Notes: generated by a model from the letters alone, not told the origin. DNA of 64,000 bases from an uncultured Candidatus Saccharibacteria bacterium (GCA_964565685.1 CAZMFR010000003.1:20709-84708), one strand, 5' to 3'. Shown: positions 12,491 through 21,626, counted from the stretch's first letter. Numbers and translations: made by a program.

Positions 12491-13042
12491 TTAATTCGGC
12501 CGCACACAGTAGTCTAAACCGTTAGCCACAATCGGACTTGTCGCTTGATTTCCACAATTGAAACTAGACGACTCAGTATTAAAAGTCGAAAGCCATGACG
12601 TCGGCGCAGGTGCGCTCTGAGCCAAAACAGAATTCGTTGTTTCAAAAATCGTGTAAAGGACATAATCGGTCGGTTGGCTTGAATTATTTACGGCGTATCC
12701 ATAATCAGCATTCTTCAATGGAGACCCTGATCCAGATGGATCAGTCGGCATTTGTGAAATAAAATTAGCCAGAGTAACGACCGGCGTCGCGCCATTCATC
12801 GGACATCCATTATAAATGCTCGCCAAAGTCTGACCGCTTGCAGGATAGATTGTCGCCGGATATTGATCGCACCTGTCAAAATACTGTTCCAGCGCCAATG
12901 ATATCTGCGACAGGTCAGACGCTCTCTGTCCGTCACGGGCTTTTGCCTTTGAACCGACTAGACCGGTGACGACAATAGCCGTCAAGACGCCGATTATAGC
13001 AATGACCACGATCATTTCGACTAGAGTGAATCCTTTTTTCAT
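12491..13042 (-). CDS. Type IV pilin with a short canonical leader MKKG|FTLVEM
   Basis: Prepilin N-terminus with a Cys pair in the C-terminal domain. Confidence 0.85.
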   Translation of the reverse strand: MKKGFTLVEMIVVIAIIGVLTAIVVTGLVGSKAKARDGQRASDLSQISLALEQYFDRCDQYPATIYPASGQTLASIYNGCPMNGATPVVTLANFISQMPTDPSGSGSPLKNADYGYAVNNSSQPTDYVLYTIFETTNSVLAQSAPAPTSWLSTFNTESSSFNCGNQATSPIVANGLDYCVRPN

Positions 13043-13162
13043 GTCTCAATTATAGCAAAGATAAATCTATTATGCGTCAACAGATGTCCACAGAGAGAAA
13101 ATAGACTCCTCGAGGATTTTAACGCCGATATCTCAAGATAAAGACAAGAAAACAATGTAAGA

Positions 13163-14254
13163 TCATACGGCTTTCGGACGATTTTTGAACACCAGTTCTC
13201 TATATGCAAAGAAACTCTCAAAGCCAATGAGGATCGAGGCAAGTATTTGAGCGATCAAATAATGAAAAGAAAGAAATTGGACAAAAAGATATACGAGCAG
13301 TGTGTTGATACCAAGGTTACAAAGGGTTACAAGCAGATATGTCCCGGCTTGAATATGGATTTTTTCAACTTCCCTATCCTTGAATGTCCATAATTTTTGC
13401 AGGAAGAAGCTGACAAAGAAAGATAGGATGAAAGCGACGATAGCCGAGATCAGATACCATATTCCAAAAACCCTCGTCAAAAGCCAGAGCAAGAAAAGGT
13501 CCGTAGCCGCGCCCATGGCGCCAGAGACTATGAAGCGGATGATCCGCGATTCTTTGAAAGGAAAATTGAATCTTATGATCTTCCAGATCGCTTCGATGCC
13601 ATCGGAATAGCCGATCTTCTTGCCTTCTTTGGCTGTGCGGCCGACATAGCTTATCGGGACCTCTGCAACCGGCATTTTTTTAACAAGGGCTGTGACCTCC
13701 GGCTCTATGCCGAATCTATTTGAAGTAAGCCGGGAAGAGACATCATCAGAGACTTCTCGCGTCATCATCTTGTAGCACGTTTCCATGTCCGTTATATCCA
13801 TTCCGGTCAGAATATTGGAAAAAATCGTGAGAAATCTGTTCGCAAGATAATTCTTTTTCGACATTCCCGCCGGCTTTAGATTTTTAGAGAAACGAGAGCC
13901 ATAGACGATTTTCGCCTCTCCAGAGAGAAGCGGCGGCAACAGCTTGTTGTAATCCGTTGGATCATATTCCAGATCCGCATCTTGGATGACGACGAAATCT
14001 CCAGTCATCTCGAGAAGTCCTGTCCGCACAGCCGCTCCCTTGCCCTTGTTTTCTTCGTGCCGAATGATCTTGTAAATCGTAGAAGGATATCCGCTGTGCT
14101 CAGCCGGTAAAACCACTTTTTCCTTTGAAAAATCATCGACGATCATCACTTCCTTTTCGAGCCCGCCGACGAGATCGACATCGGCTATCTTTTTCAAGAT
14201 CAAAGGCAGAGTGCTATTTTCATTGAAGACGGGAATGATTATTGACAGCTTCAT
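13163..14254 (-). CDS. Family 2 glycosyltransferase (Dol-P/Und-P-sugar synthase-like) fused to a C-terminal GtrA-like 4-TM domain
   Basis: IIIPVFNE…VMIVDDFS…DADLEYDP GT2 motifs. The C-terminal ~120 aa is a hydrophobic GtrA-like region. Confidence 0.75.
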   Translation of the reverse strand: MKLSIIIPVFNENSTLPLILKKIADVDLVGGLEKEVMIVDDFSKEKVVLPAEHSGYPSTIYKIIRHEENKGKGAAVRTGLLEMTGDFVVIQDADLEYDPTDYNKLLPPLLSGEAKIVYGSRFSKNLKPAGMSKKNYLANRFLTIFSNILTGMDITDMETCYKMMTREVSDDVSSRLTSNRFGIEPEVTALVKKMPVAEVPISYVGRTAKEGKKIGYSDGIEAIWKIIRFNFPFKESRIIRFIVSGAMGAATDLFLLWLLTRVFGIWYLISAIVAFILSFFVSFFLQKLWTFKDREVEKIHIQAGTYLLVTLCNLGINTLLVYLFVQFLSFHYLIAQILASILIGFESFFAYRELVFKNRPKAV

Positions 14255-14274
14255 GGTTGAAATTATTCAGCAAA

Positions 14275-16059
14275 TTATTTGATAGAAGTAGAAGCAGTCG
14301 AGGTAGATTCCACTTCATAGATATATCTAGTGTCGTCCGTGAGGACGCGCTTCCAGCTATGGCTGTTGTCCAAAACATATTCGAGCGAAGAATAATCGCT
14401 CGTAGAAATGAGATATTTTGAATGAAAATCATTCAGTAGAACGCCGGCGATGGCACCTCCCTGATCTGCATACCATTTTTTCTGTTCCGTCACGCTTCCA
14501 TGCAGAGCATCATCCTTTGCGGTCTGCTGCGCATCGCATGTCTCCGTATCACAAACATAGCCATCAGTGCCGATATGCCACCAGAGCCAATATAATTGCG
14601 GGCTATAGACATATGTCAGCCGCGGCTCAAGACCGATTATATAATTATCTTGCGGCGCATAATAATAAAGCTCTGTGAACCAGCTCCAATTCAAGTTAAA
14701 AACTATGTCGCCGGGCTTTGTATTGTCATCTAGCCATGTGCCGACATTGCGCCATTCATCCGGTGAAGGCCCATTTCCAAAGAACTGATACAGATTTAGC
14801 CCGTTAGAGAAGCATAGGTATAGGACAGCGATCGACCCGCCGACAGCAAGCCCTTTCAGTATATATTTGTCTGAAATGGATACGAACTTTTTTATATCAT
14901 CAAATGAAACGGCTATATAAAGTCCGACAAACATGGCGAAATAATCGTTGAAGCGGGCGCTGATGACGAATACGCTCAATAGTATGCCGACGCACAAGAA
15001 GAATAGAGTCGTGCGCAAAACGTATGAGTCATAGGAATACGAGGCAATCTGTGAAGAGAGGCCTTCTTTTTTATACCTGATATATCGCGCCGCTTCGACT
15101 CCGGCGACAACGAGCAACGTGGCAAAGATATAAGTATTCGTCCTGACAAAATCAAAAAAATCGGTTGGATACAATTCTCCGCCCTCGGCGATGTTCACTT
15201 TCTTTCCGACGATGACATCCCAAAACACCCCCCAGATGTTGTCTTGGATATACAGAAAGAATCCAGGAGTCAAAAGATAGACCAGACCGACAGCTCCGGC
15301 CGTGCCTCCAGCGCATAATGCCAGATTCCTCCAATCGCCCTTGCCTTTGTAGAATCTCTCAAAGAGATAATAGACCAACGCTACGCCTAGCGGCAAGAAA
15401 AAAGTCGCTCCATGCCAGAATAGATAGCCAAAACTGATTATGAGCACGCCCCATCGGTTTTTCTTGTGCAAAAAATATAAAAGAAGAAGGAGGATCGCAG
15501 GCGTCAACGCATATGGTCTGGACAAGAATAGCCGGAATACCGGCGTCAAACTCGTCATTGCGAGGATGATGAGAACCCATAGAAACGGATACCTTACCTT
15601 GAACCTGCCGAGACACCAATAAAAGACGGTAAATGACAAAGCGGCGGCTATCACTGCATAGAGCTTTATCCCGAGGACGAGCGGCTGTATATAAGTGAAA
15701 GGGATTATGACCAGATAAAAAAGAAAATTGTAATAGATGAAATATTGGCTACCCTGCGCGATCTTTGTAAAATAGATCGATTTGAAATTGTAAAAGGAAT
15801 TGAAGAAGCCGTTGAAGCGCATCTCATAGGCAAACCGAAAATGGAAGAAATGGTCGTCGTTCGAGACTAATGTATTCAAGGAGAAATACATCAGGCAAAA
15901 AACCACAAAGAAAAGCGCGAATACCAATGCGGTCTTCAGCCATTCCCTCTTGTTCACATACCTCGCTATTGGCAAGATAATTGAAGAATAAAAGGGTCCA
16001 GATATCATCGCCGCAAATCGCCCTCCGCCATTCAGCCAATCCGTGATTTTCTGCATCAT
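14275..16059 (-). CDS. Large polytopic membrane glycosyltransferase (GT-C fold, ArnT/PMT/GtrC-like) with a C-terminal extracytoplasmic domain
   Basis: At least 12 predicted TM helices, 594 aa, and positioned directly after the GT2-GtrA gene, as in Gtr/Arn-type systems. Confidence 0.55.
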   Translation of the reverse strand: MMQKITDWLNGGGRFAAMISGPFYSSIILPIARYVNKREWLKTALVFALFFVVFCLMYFSLNTLVSNDDHFFHFRFAYEMRFNGFFNSFYNFKSIYFTKIAQGSQYFIYYNFLFYLVIIPFTYIQPLVLGIKLYAVIAAALSFTVFYWCLGRFKVRYPFLWVLIILAMTSLTPVFRLFLSRPYALTPAILLLLLYFLHKKNRWGVLIISFGYLFWHGATFFLPLGVALVYYLFERFYKGKGDWRNLALCAGGTAGAVGLVYLLTPGFFLYIQDNIWGVFWDVIVGKKVNIAEGGELYPTDFFDFVRTNTYIFATLLVVAGVEAARYIRYKKEGLSSQIASYSYDSYVLRTTLFFLCVGILLSVFVISARFNDYFAMFVGLYIAVSFDDIKKFVSISDKYILKGLAVGGSIAVLYLCFSNGLNLYQFFGNGPSPDEWRNVGTWLDDNTKPGDIVFNLNWSWFTELYYYAPQDNYIIGLEPRLTYVYSPQLYWLWWHIGTDGYVCDTETCDAQQTAKDDALHGSVTEQKKWYADQGGAIAGVLLNDFHSKYLISTSDYSSLEYVLDNSHSWKRVLTDDTRYIYEVESTSTASTSIK

Positions 16060-16224
16060 TATAGTCCTGTAAATATAGCACGACTGACGTAAACGACAAG
16101 AAATAATAGAATTACTTATAATCCAGCCATTATAAGAAAAAGTTTTTAAGAAAAGTTAAAATCGTGGGAACTTCTGTACAAGGTAGCACCTTGTACAAGA
16201 TTTTGACTTAAACACTGTAAATAG

Positions 16225-16692
16225 GATATTTTCCCCCCATGTCGCACAATAGTTCTTGTTAGTCTTCAATCAGCCAGAAAGAAGGGTTCCGATACGCGTG
16301 TTATAGCCGACGTACAGCAAGTCCGCGATGCTTTGGAAACGGGATCTACTGGTTCATCGTATCCAGATCTTAGTAACACCGCTTTGGGTACTACAGCAAA
16401 TACAGGAAATACTACTTACACTTGTTTTGTAAGCAATTGGATAAATACAGGTCCTCAGACCAGTGCAATCGCTGCGCAAGCCAATGATGCTTGTTCTCAA
16501 GGTACCACAAATGATATATCGATAGTTACTGGTAACCCCGCTGCACCTGCTACATCTGCAACAATTAATGCGTATGCCATTTACGGAAAGCTTGTTTCGA
16601 CTACAAATTATTTTTGTATAGATTCAAGTGGTCAAACCAATCCATCAGCGATAGCTCATGCTAGCTCTACTTGCCCTACGGCCGGTAACTAA
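16225..16692 (+). pseudogene. 5'-truncated pilin paralogue (silent cassette). It lacks the leader and N-terminal helix, and its first 74 nt are identical to an internal segment of the expressed pilin at 16774..17301.
   Basis: In-frame translation from 16225 gives IVLVSLQSARKKGSDTRVIADVQQVRDALETG…, matching residues ~30–60 of the neighbouring pilin. There is no start codon for that frame, and a stop lies at 16222-16224. Confidence 0.75.
16247..16320 (+). repeat. Left arm of a perfect 74-bp inverted repeat (partner 17143..17216)
   Basis: Base-by-base comparison shows the reverse complement of 16247..16320 equals 17143..17216 at 74/74. Confidence 0.9.
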
Positions 16693-16720
16693 ATTTCCAG
16701 GGTTAAAACGTGTATGTAAA

Positions 16721-16746
16721 CAAAAACCCCTCTCAAGGGGTTTTTG
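16721..16746. terminator. Bidirectional intrinsic terminator between the convergent pilin C-terminal regions
   Basis: AAAAACCCCTCTCAAGGGGTTTTT: a GC stem flanked by an A-run and a T-run. Confidence 0.7.
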
Positions 16747-16773
16747 TATGATTACGAGAAGTCTAAAGACAAA

Positions 16774-17301
16774 TTACATACAAGTTGTGCTAGCAGTACC
16801 AGGAGTTGGCTCAGAAGTACCTGTTCTTCCTGTCGAATCTATGCAGAAGTAGCCAGATGTATTACTAACCAAGTGCCCATATATAGCATAACCTACTACA
16901 GTAGTAGCAGAAGTACCTGTTGCAACGATATTTATATCATTCGTGCCACCTTGTTGGCAAGCATCATATGCTTGAGTATTAATCGCATTTACCTGAGAGC
17001 CAGAAGTACTCCAATCATAGACAGTGCAAGATGTATTCACTGGATTACCAAATGAAGTCGAACCGGCATTATTCGTACCGGCGGTGGTAGTAAGATCAGG
17101 ATAATATGAACCAGTGAACCCCGTCTCCAAAGCATCTCTTATTTGCTGTACGTCGGCTATAACACGCGTATCGGAACCCTTCTTTCTGGCTGATTGAAGA
17201 CTAACAAGAACTATTGATGACAATATACCAATGATGGCGATAACCACGAGCAATTCGATGAGGGTGAAACCGCCATTTCTATTTGCATTCATTTTTTTCA
17301 T
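16774..17301 (-). CDS. Type IV pilin (PilA-like) with leader MKKMNANRNGG|FTLIELLVV. This is the expressed partner of the invertible C-terminal switch.
   Basis: Prepilin N-terminus with a C-terminal Cys pair. Contains the right arm of the inverted repeat in codons ~30–54. Confidence 0.85.
   Translation of the reverse strand: MKKMNANRNGGFTLIELLVVIAIIGILSSIVLVSLQSARKKGSDTRVIADVQQIRDALETGFTGSYYPDLTTTAGTNNAGSTSFGNPVNTSCTVYDWSTSGSQVNAINTQAYDACQQGGTNDINIVATGTSATTVVGYAIYGHLVSNTSGYFCIDSTGRTGTSEPTPGTASTTCM
17143..17216 (-). repeat. Right arm of the 74-bp inverted repeat, lying inside the expressed pilin gene
   Basis: Identical to the reverse complement of 16247..16320. Confidence 0.9.
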
Positions 17302-17469
17302 TTAAATTAAAATTATATCTTTACTAATAATTAAGCTTATAATTGAGCTTTGCCCATCATTATACCAGCCATATACCCCATAAAGTCAAATGGGTTGTGG
17401 ATAACGCCTATATTATACCGTATTCGCCCATTCGTCTATCTATAAACGGCTACACCGCCTCGCGTTAGC

Positions 17470-18035
17470 CAGGATAAAGTGAAACTCCCCGACCTCACGG
17501 TCGGGGTTTCTTTTCATTCAAACAGCTTCGCTGTTTGCCCAGCGTCGTCTTGGCCTTGCTTTTCAATGTACTTGCGTATGATATCTTCGTTGATGCCGAC
17601 CGTCGAGACGAAGTAACCGTCTGACCAGAATTTGTCTGTGCCCCAATAGACTTTCCTGAGGAACGTGAATTTTTGCTTCATATCCTTTGCAGTGTTTTGC
17701 TTGATAATGCCAATGACCTTTCCCACGGCAGTTGTTGGAGGAATTGAAGCCAAGAGGTGTATATGATCTTCGTCGTGATTCTCGGTTTTGAATATGAAAT
17801 ATGGATGGTGTTCGGTGATCTCGCGAAGCTTCAATTCGAGATATGCAAAAATTCCTTCATTGATAACTCTTCTCCTGAATCTTGTCGTGATGACGATGTG
17901 GTAGTCGCAGTAATAGACTGCATGGCTCGTTTTTCGGTATTCCATGCTAACAGTATCCGTCAAGACGACGCTGGGGGCAACTGCATCCCTGATCTGACGA
18001 TCAGGGCATTAGTGTTGCAAGTAAATAGCGGCTTG
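17470..18035 (-). mobile_element. IS200/IS605-family element (boundaries approximate) with subterminal hairpins
   Basis: Encodes a TnpA. Hairpins CCCCGACCTCACGGTCGGGG (17486-17505) and CCCTGATCTGACGATCAGGG (17978-17997) flank the gene. Confidence 0.6.
17514..17963 (-). CDS. tnpA: IS200-like Y1 (HUH) transposase TnpA
   Basis: 149 aa with the HIHLL (HxH) motif and YCDYHIV…, typical of IS200 TnpA. Confidence 0.8.
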   Translation of the reverse strand: MTDTVSMEYRKTSHAVYYCDYHIVITTRFRRRVINEGIFAYLELKLREITEHHPYFIFKTENHDEDHIHLLASIPPTTAVGKVIGIIKQNTAKDMKQKFTFLRKVYWGTDKFWSDGYFVSTVGINEDIIRKYIEKQGQDDAGQTAKLFE

Positions 18036-18048
18036 GTTTAGGAAAAAA

Positions 18049-18068
18049 TGTGGGCACGAGAGGATTTG
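18049..18068 (-). repeat. 20-nt direct repeat of the tRNA-Leu 3' end (TGTGGGCACGAGAGGATTTG), ~150 bp from the intact gene
   Basis: Exact 20-mer match with 18196..18215. Confidence 0.7.
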
Positions 18069-18198
18069 GTCACAGGTTTTCTCGCTTCGCTCGAAACCCG
18101 CGACCCCGCCTCGCTCGTTGCCGTCTCTACGCGACATGGCAACTTCGCTCCGGCTTTCAAATCCTCTCTTTGTGCAAAGATAACGCCTTGATCAATTG

Positions 18199-18280
18199 TG
18201 GGCACGAGAGGATTTGAACCTCCAAGGATTGCTCCACACGCTCCTGAAGCGTGCGCGTATGCCAGTTCCGCCACGTGCCC
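18199..18280 (-). tRNA. tRNA-Leu (anticodon CAG), type II with a long variable arm
   Basis: Reverse complement GGGCACGTGGCGGAACTGGCATACGCGCACGCTTCAGGAGCGTG…GGAGGTTCAAATCCTCTCGTGCCCA. The acceptor stem pairs, and the anticodon loop is TTCAGGA. Confidence 0.8.
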
Positions 18281-18363
18281 GATATAAAAAGTTAAGGTAG
18301 AAAGTCAAAAACATAACCTTTATCAATTGCGTATATTACTTGGAAAAGCTGTTTCTAGCAAAT

Positions 18364-18392
18364 AAAAAAGCCGGAAGGGATTGAACCTTCCG
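18364..18392 (-). terminator. Intrinsic terminator for the small minus-strand gene
   Basis: On the minus strand, CGGAAGG-TTCAATC-CCTTCCG is followed by a T-run. Confidence 0.6.
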
Positions 18393-18418
18393 ACTTCGTA
18401 GCAAATCGTGGTCGCCAA

Positions 18419-18673
18419 CTATTTTCCAAGCTGTGACCAAGATGGCCAGTTGAGTGGGTTTGTCGAATTCCCCATCAAATGATCGAGCCACAATACAAAG
18501 ACAACAATGCCACCAAAAACGATGACCGCACTCATGATCGGATGGCGATCAATGAAATCATTGCCCCTTCGACGCTTGCGATTCTTGGAATTCGCACCGA
18601 TGCCCGCAAGACTTGTCGGCGGGATTTCCAAGTGGATTTGTGGCGGCTCCGGCGCTGGTAATATGTTTTTCAC
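18419..18673 (-). CDS. Small hypothetical membrane protein (1 TM)
   Basis: ORF with a hydrophobic segment VIVFGGIVVFVLWL, followed by a terminator. Confidence 0.4.
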   Translation of the reverse strand: MKNILPAPEPPQIHLEIPPTSLAGIGANSKNRKRRRGNDFIDRHPIMSAVIVFGGIVVFVLWLDHLMGNSTNPLNWPSWSQLGK

Positions 18674-18865
18674 TTATCCTCCGTTTTTTAATTGTTTCTG
18701 CAAAGTAATTGAGACTCTGCTAGTTGTTTGTGCTGTTTGACTTGACTAACTACCCACAATGCTATCACAAGTATAGTATAAAGTCAATAGCATGAGAAAA
18801 ATCCCTGCTTTAAGCCATAATCAGTCAAAAGTCCCTTGCCTGCCGATAGATATGAACAGCATGAC

Positions 18866-18925
18866 AAGTCGAAAGCATAAAATCAATGCAAACATTTCTG
18901 ACTTTCTACCAGGTACTTTCGACTT
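18866..18925 (+). repeat. Dispersed repeat copy C (GTCGAAAGCATAAAATCAATGCAAACATTTCTGACTTTCTACC), immediately after pilC
   Basis: Similar to copies A and B (aaaatgcaaa, ctttctac and gtcgaaag words). Confidence 0.55.
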
Positions 18926-18926
18926 A

Positions 18927-20135
18927 TTATTGCGCCTCCGCAATCGAATAAATCGGCACCAGAACCGAAGCCATGAGAATAGCCACGCCAACACCGAGGA
19001 CGACGATCATCAATGGTTCGATCAAATCAACGAGAGTGGCCACGGCATTTGTCACTTCGCGGGAGTAAAAGAGAGCCATAGTCTTCATGATAGGTCCGAG
19101 CTCGCCAGATTCCTCGCCCACTTTCATCATTTGGATCATAATACCTGGAATCTCGCCGGAGGCGGCTAGCGCTTCGGACATGGCTTTGCCTGTCTTGACC
19201 GCTTCGACTGCGTCAGCCAAAATGACGCGATATACTTCGTTATTGATGACATCAGAAGTCAGTTCCAATGCCCTGACCATGGGAATGCCGGCTTGGAGCA
19301 TAGTATTGATATTGTCGGCCAGACGCGACAGATAAAGTTTTTTATAGAGAACGCTGACATAAGGGATGTGGAGCTTCAACCGATCAAAAGCGATCTTGCC
19401 GCTAGGCGTGCGGATATAACGAAAGACAAAGAAACCGACGACTATGATGACAGCCAGGAGTATAAAGCCATAGCTGACCAGGAAATTCGATATGCCGAGT
19501 ATGACTTGGGTATAGATAGGTATGGCTACGCCAGAATCGGTGATAATACCGGAGATCTTTGGTATGACCATAGTAAACATAAGGATCATGACCGTTATGA
19601 AAGTCATGACGACGAAAGCAGGATAGACCAAGGCGCCCTTTGCCTTCGAAGTGAGCTCGTATGTGCGATCCAAGTAATCGGCCAAATATTGAAAGGTTTC
19701 GTCCAGCTTGCCTGACTCCTCGCCTGCCTTGATCATATTGACATAAAATGAAGAAAAGATTTTCGGATGCTTGGCCATAGCGGCAGAGATGGAACTGCCG
19801 CCCTGCAAATCGTCAGCGATAACAGTCAATTTTGCTCCGAGGACTTTGTTGTCGGTCTCGCCGGCGATCATGCGGAAAATACGCAAAGCGGAAACTTGGG
19901 CCTCGAACAGAGTCGACAGCTGACGGGATAGGATGACGATGTCTTTGGTTGAAACGCGATCGAACCATGAAATATTCATCGACAAAAAACTGCCTTTGCC
20001 AGTGGCCTCTTTTATCGACGATATGACGAGACCGCGTCGCTGAAGACCGGCTATAGCGACGTCGACATTGACAGCATCGATCGAGCCAGTCGCTTGTTCT
20101 CCCTTTTCATTTACGGTCGTGTAGTTAAATAGCAT
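18927..20135 (-). CDS. pilC: Type IV pilus / T2SS platform protein (GspF/PilC family)
   Basis: 402 aa with two T2SSF-like repeats and three TM segments. Confidence 0.85.
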   Translation of the reverse strand: MLFNYTTVNEKGEQATGSIDAVNVDVAIAGLQRRGLVISSIKEATGKGSFLSMNISWFDRVSTKDIVILSRQLSTLFEAQVSALRIFRMIAGETDNKVLGAKLTVIADDLQGGSSISAAMAKHPKIFSSFYVNMIKAGEESGKLDETFQYLADYLDRTYELTSKAKGALVYPAFVVMTFITVMILMFTMVIPKISGIITDSGVAIPIYTQVILGISNFLVSYGFILLAVIIVVGFFVFRYIRTPSGKIAFDRLKLHIPYVSVLYKKLYLSRLADNINTMLQAGIPMVRALELTSDVINNEVYRVILADAVEAVKTGKAMSEALAASGEIPGIMIQMMKVGEESGELGPIMKTMALFYSREVTNAVATLVDLIEPLMIVVLGVGVAILMASVLVPIYSIAEAQ

Positions 20136-20141
20136 AGCTGT

Positions 20142-21200
20142 TCATATTAATTTCTCTAATACTTTCGGATTAAGCGAGTGCAAATACGCGCTCTCGACTG
20201 TGATCTCGCCTTTTCTGACTAATTCCGCCAGATATCGATTCATGTCTATCATGCCTTCGGCAATGCCAGTCTCGATAACTGTAGGTATTTCATGAGTACG
20301 GCTCTCACGGATGAGATTTGATACGGCCGAATTGTTTATCAAGAGCTCACAGGCCGGTATCAAACCGCCGGAGATTCTCGGAACCAAACGCTGAGAAAAT
20401 ATGCCGTTCAAACTGCCGGCCAGCTGAACGCGGATCTGATCCTGTTGGGCGGCTGGAAAAGAATCGATTATACGGTCTATGGTCTGAGAAGCATTGTTTG
20501 TATGGAGAGTGGAAAATATGAGGTGACCGGTCTCAGCGGCAGTGACAGCCGTCGATATGGTTTCCGGGTCGCGCATCTCGCCCAAAAGGCACACGTTTAT
20601 GTCCTCACGGAACATAGAGGTCAGAGCGTCCGGAAAATCCGGAGTATCTGTACGGACTTCGCGCTGGTCAATAATAGATTTTTTTGATTCAAAGAGATAT
20701 TCGATCGGATCTTCGATGGTCAAAATATGCTCTGCCCGAGTTTGATTTATCAATTCGATCATTGAAGCGAGAGTGGTCGTCTTGCCCTGACCGATAGGTC
20801 CGACCAACAGGAAAAATCCTTGAGATTTTCTGGTAAAAGTCTCTAGAATGGGCGGCAGATTGAGATCAGCCAAGGTCTTTATGGTCTTTGGAATGAGACG
20901 CAGAGCGATAGAGATCATTCCTTGACGATAATATGCGTTGCCGCGAAAACGCGTATCGGAGAGATCATATGAAAAATCTACTGTACGCTTGGTTTCCAGT
21001 ATCTTTGCGTTCGACTCGGATAGGAACTGACCGAGAAAGCCCTTCATGTCGCCTTTTGATAGGACGGCTTTCTTGAAAAGAGGTATGAGAGCGCCAGCTA
21101 CGCGTATGATCGGCGGACGACCTTCTGACAGATGCAAGTCAGAAGCGTCTTCTTTGACTATGAGAGAGATAAGGTCTTGGATTTCTTGTTTATAGTCCAT
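20142..21200 (-). CDS. pilT: Twitching-motility-type retraction ATPase PilT
   Basis: Walker A GPIGQGKTTT, Asp box and His box. Its ~350 aa length is typical of PilT. Confidence 0.85.
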   Translation of the reverse strand: MDYKQEIQDLISLIVKEDASDLHLSEGRPPIIRVAGALIPLFKKAVLSKGDMKGFLGQFLSESNAKILETKRTVDFSYDLSDTRFRGNAYYRQGMISIALRLIPKTIKTLADLNLPPILETFTRKSQGFFLLVGPIGQGKTTTLASMIELINQTRAEHILTIEDPIEYLFESKKSIIDQREVRTDTPDFPDALTSMFREDINVCLLGEMRDPETISTAVTAAETGHLIFSTLHTNNASQTIDRIIDSFPAAQQDQIRVQLAGSLNGIFSQRLVPRISGGLIPACELLINNSAVSNLIRESRTHEIPTVIETGIAEGMIDMNRYLAELVRKGEITVESAYLHSLNPKVLEKLI

Positions 21201-21201
21201 A

Positions 21202-21606
21202 TTATTTGTTCTTGTTACTCAATATTTTCTCCGTCTCTCGAAGCACATCCGATGGTATGGTCGTCGCCTTTATTATATACCCGTCGACGTTCAATTTTTT
21301 CGCCCTTGCGATGTCTTCTGGCATGCCTTGGTTGGTCAGCATTATGATGACGGATTTGCTGGCGATGTTTTCTTTGCGCAATGTAGATACGAACTCTATG
21401 CCGTCCATGCCGGGCATGATCACATCGATCAGCATGGCATCCGGCACATACCCGTCGTGCAAGATCTTCAATCCTGCTTCGGCATTGTCACAGGCGCGCA
21501 CATCATAACCGCCGGCCTTGAATTTTATAGAATACATGTCAAGGAGAAATGCATCGTCGTCGATGAATAAAATCTTTTTTTGGGTTGTTGGGGTTGTTTC
21601 AGACAT
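21202..21606 (-). CDS. Single-domain response regulator (CheY/PilH-like receiver)
   Basis: KKILFIDDD…D…IDVIMPGMDG…K receiver-domain motifs. Confidence 0.8.
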   Translation of the reverse strand: MSETTPTTQKKILFIDDDAFLLDMYSIKFKAGGYDVRACDNAEAGLKILHDGYVPDAMLIDVIMPGMDGIEFVSTLRKENIASKSVIIMLTNQGMPEDIARAKKLNVDGYIIKATTIPSDVLRETEKILSNKNK

Positions 21607-21626
21607 GGGTTTATTATACAGGATTA

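Noticed and set aside
18350-18420. Possible tRNA (GGAAGGTTCAATCCCTTCC T-arm-like)
   Set aside because: Only a single hairpin followed by a T-run, with no acceptor or anticodon arms. Interpreted as an intrinsic terminator.
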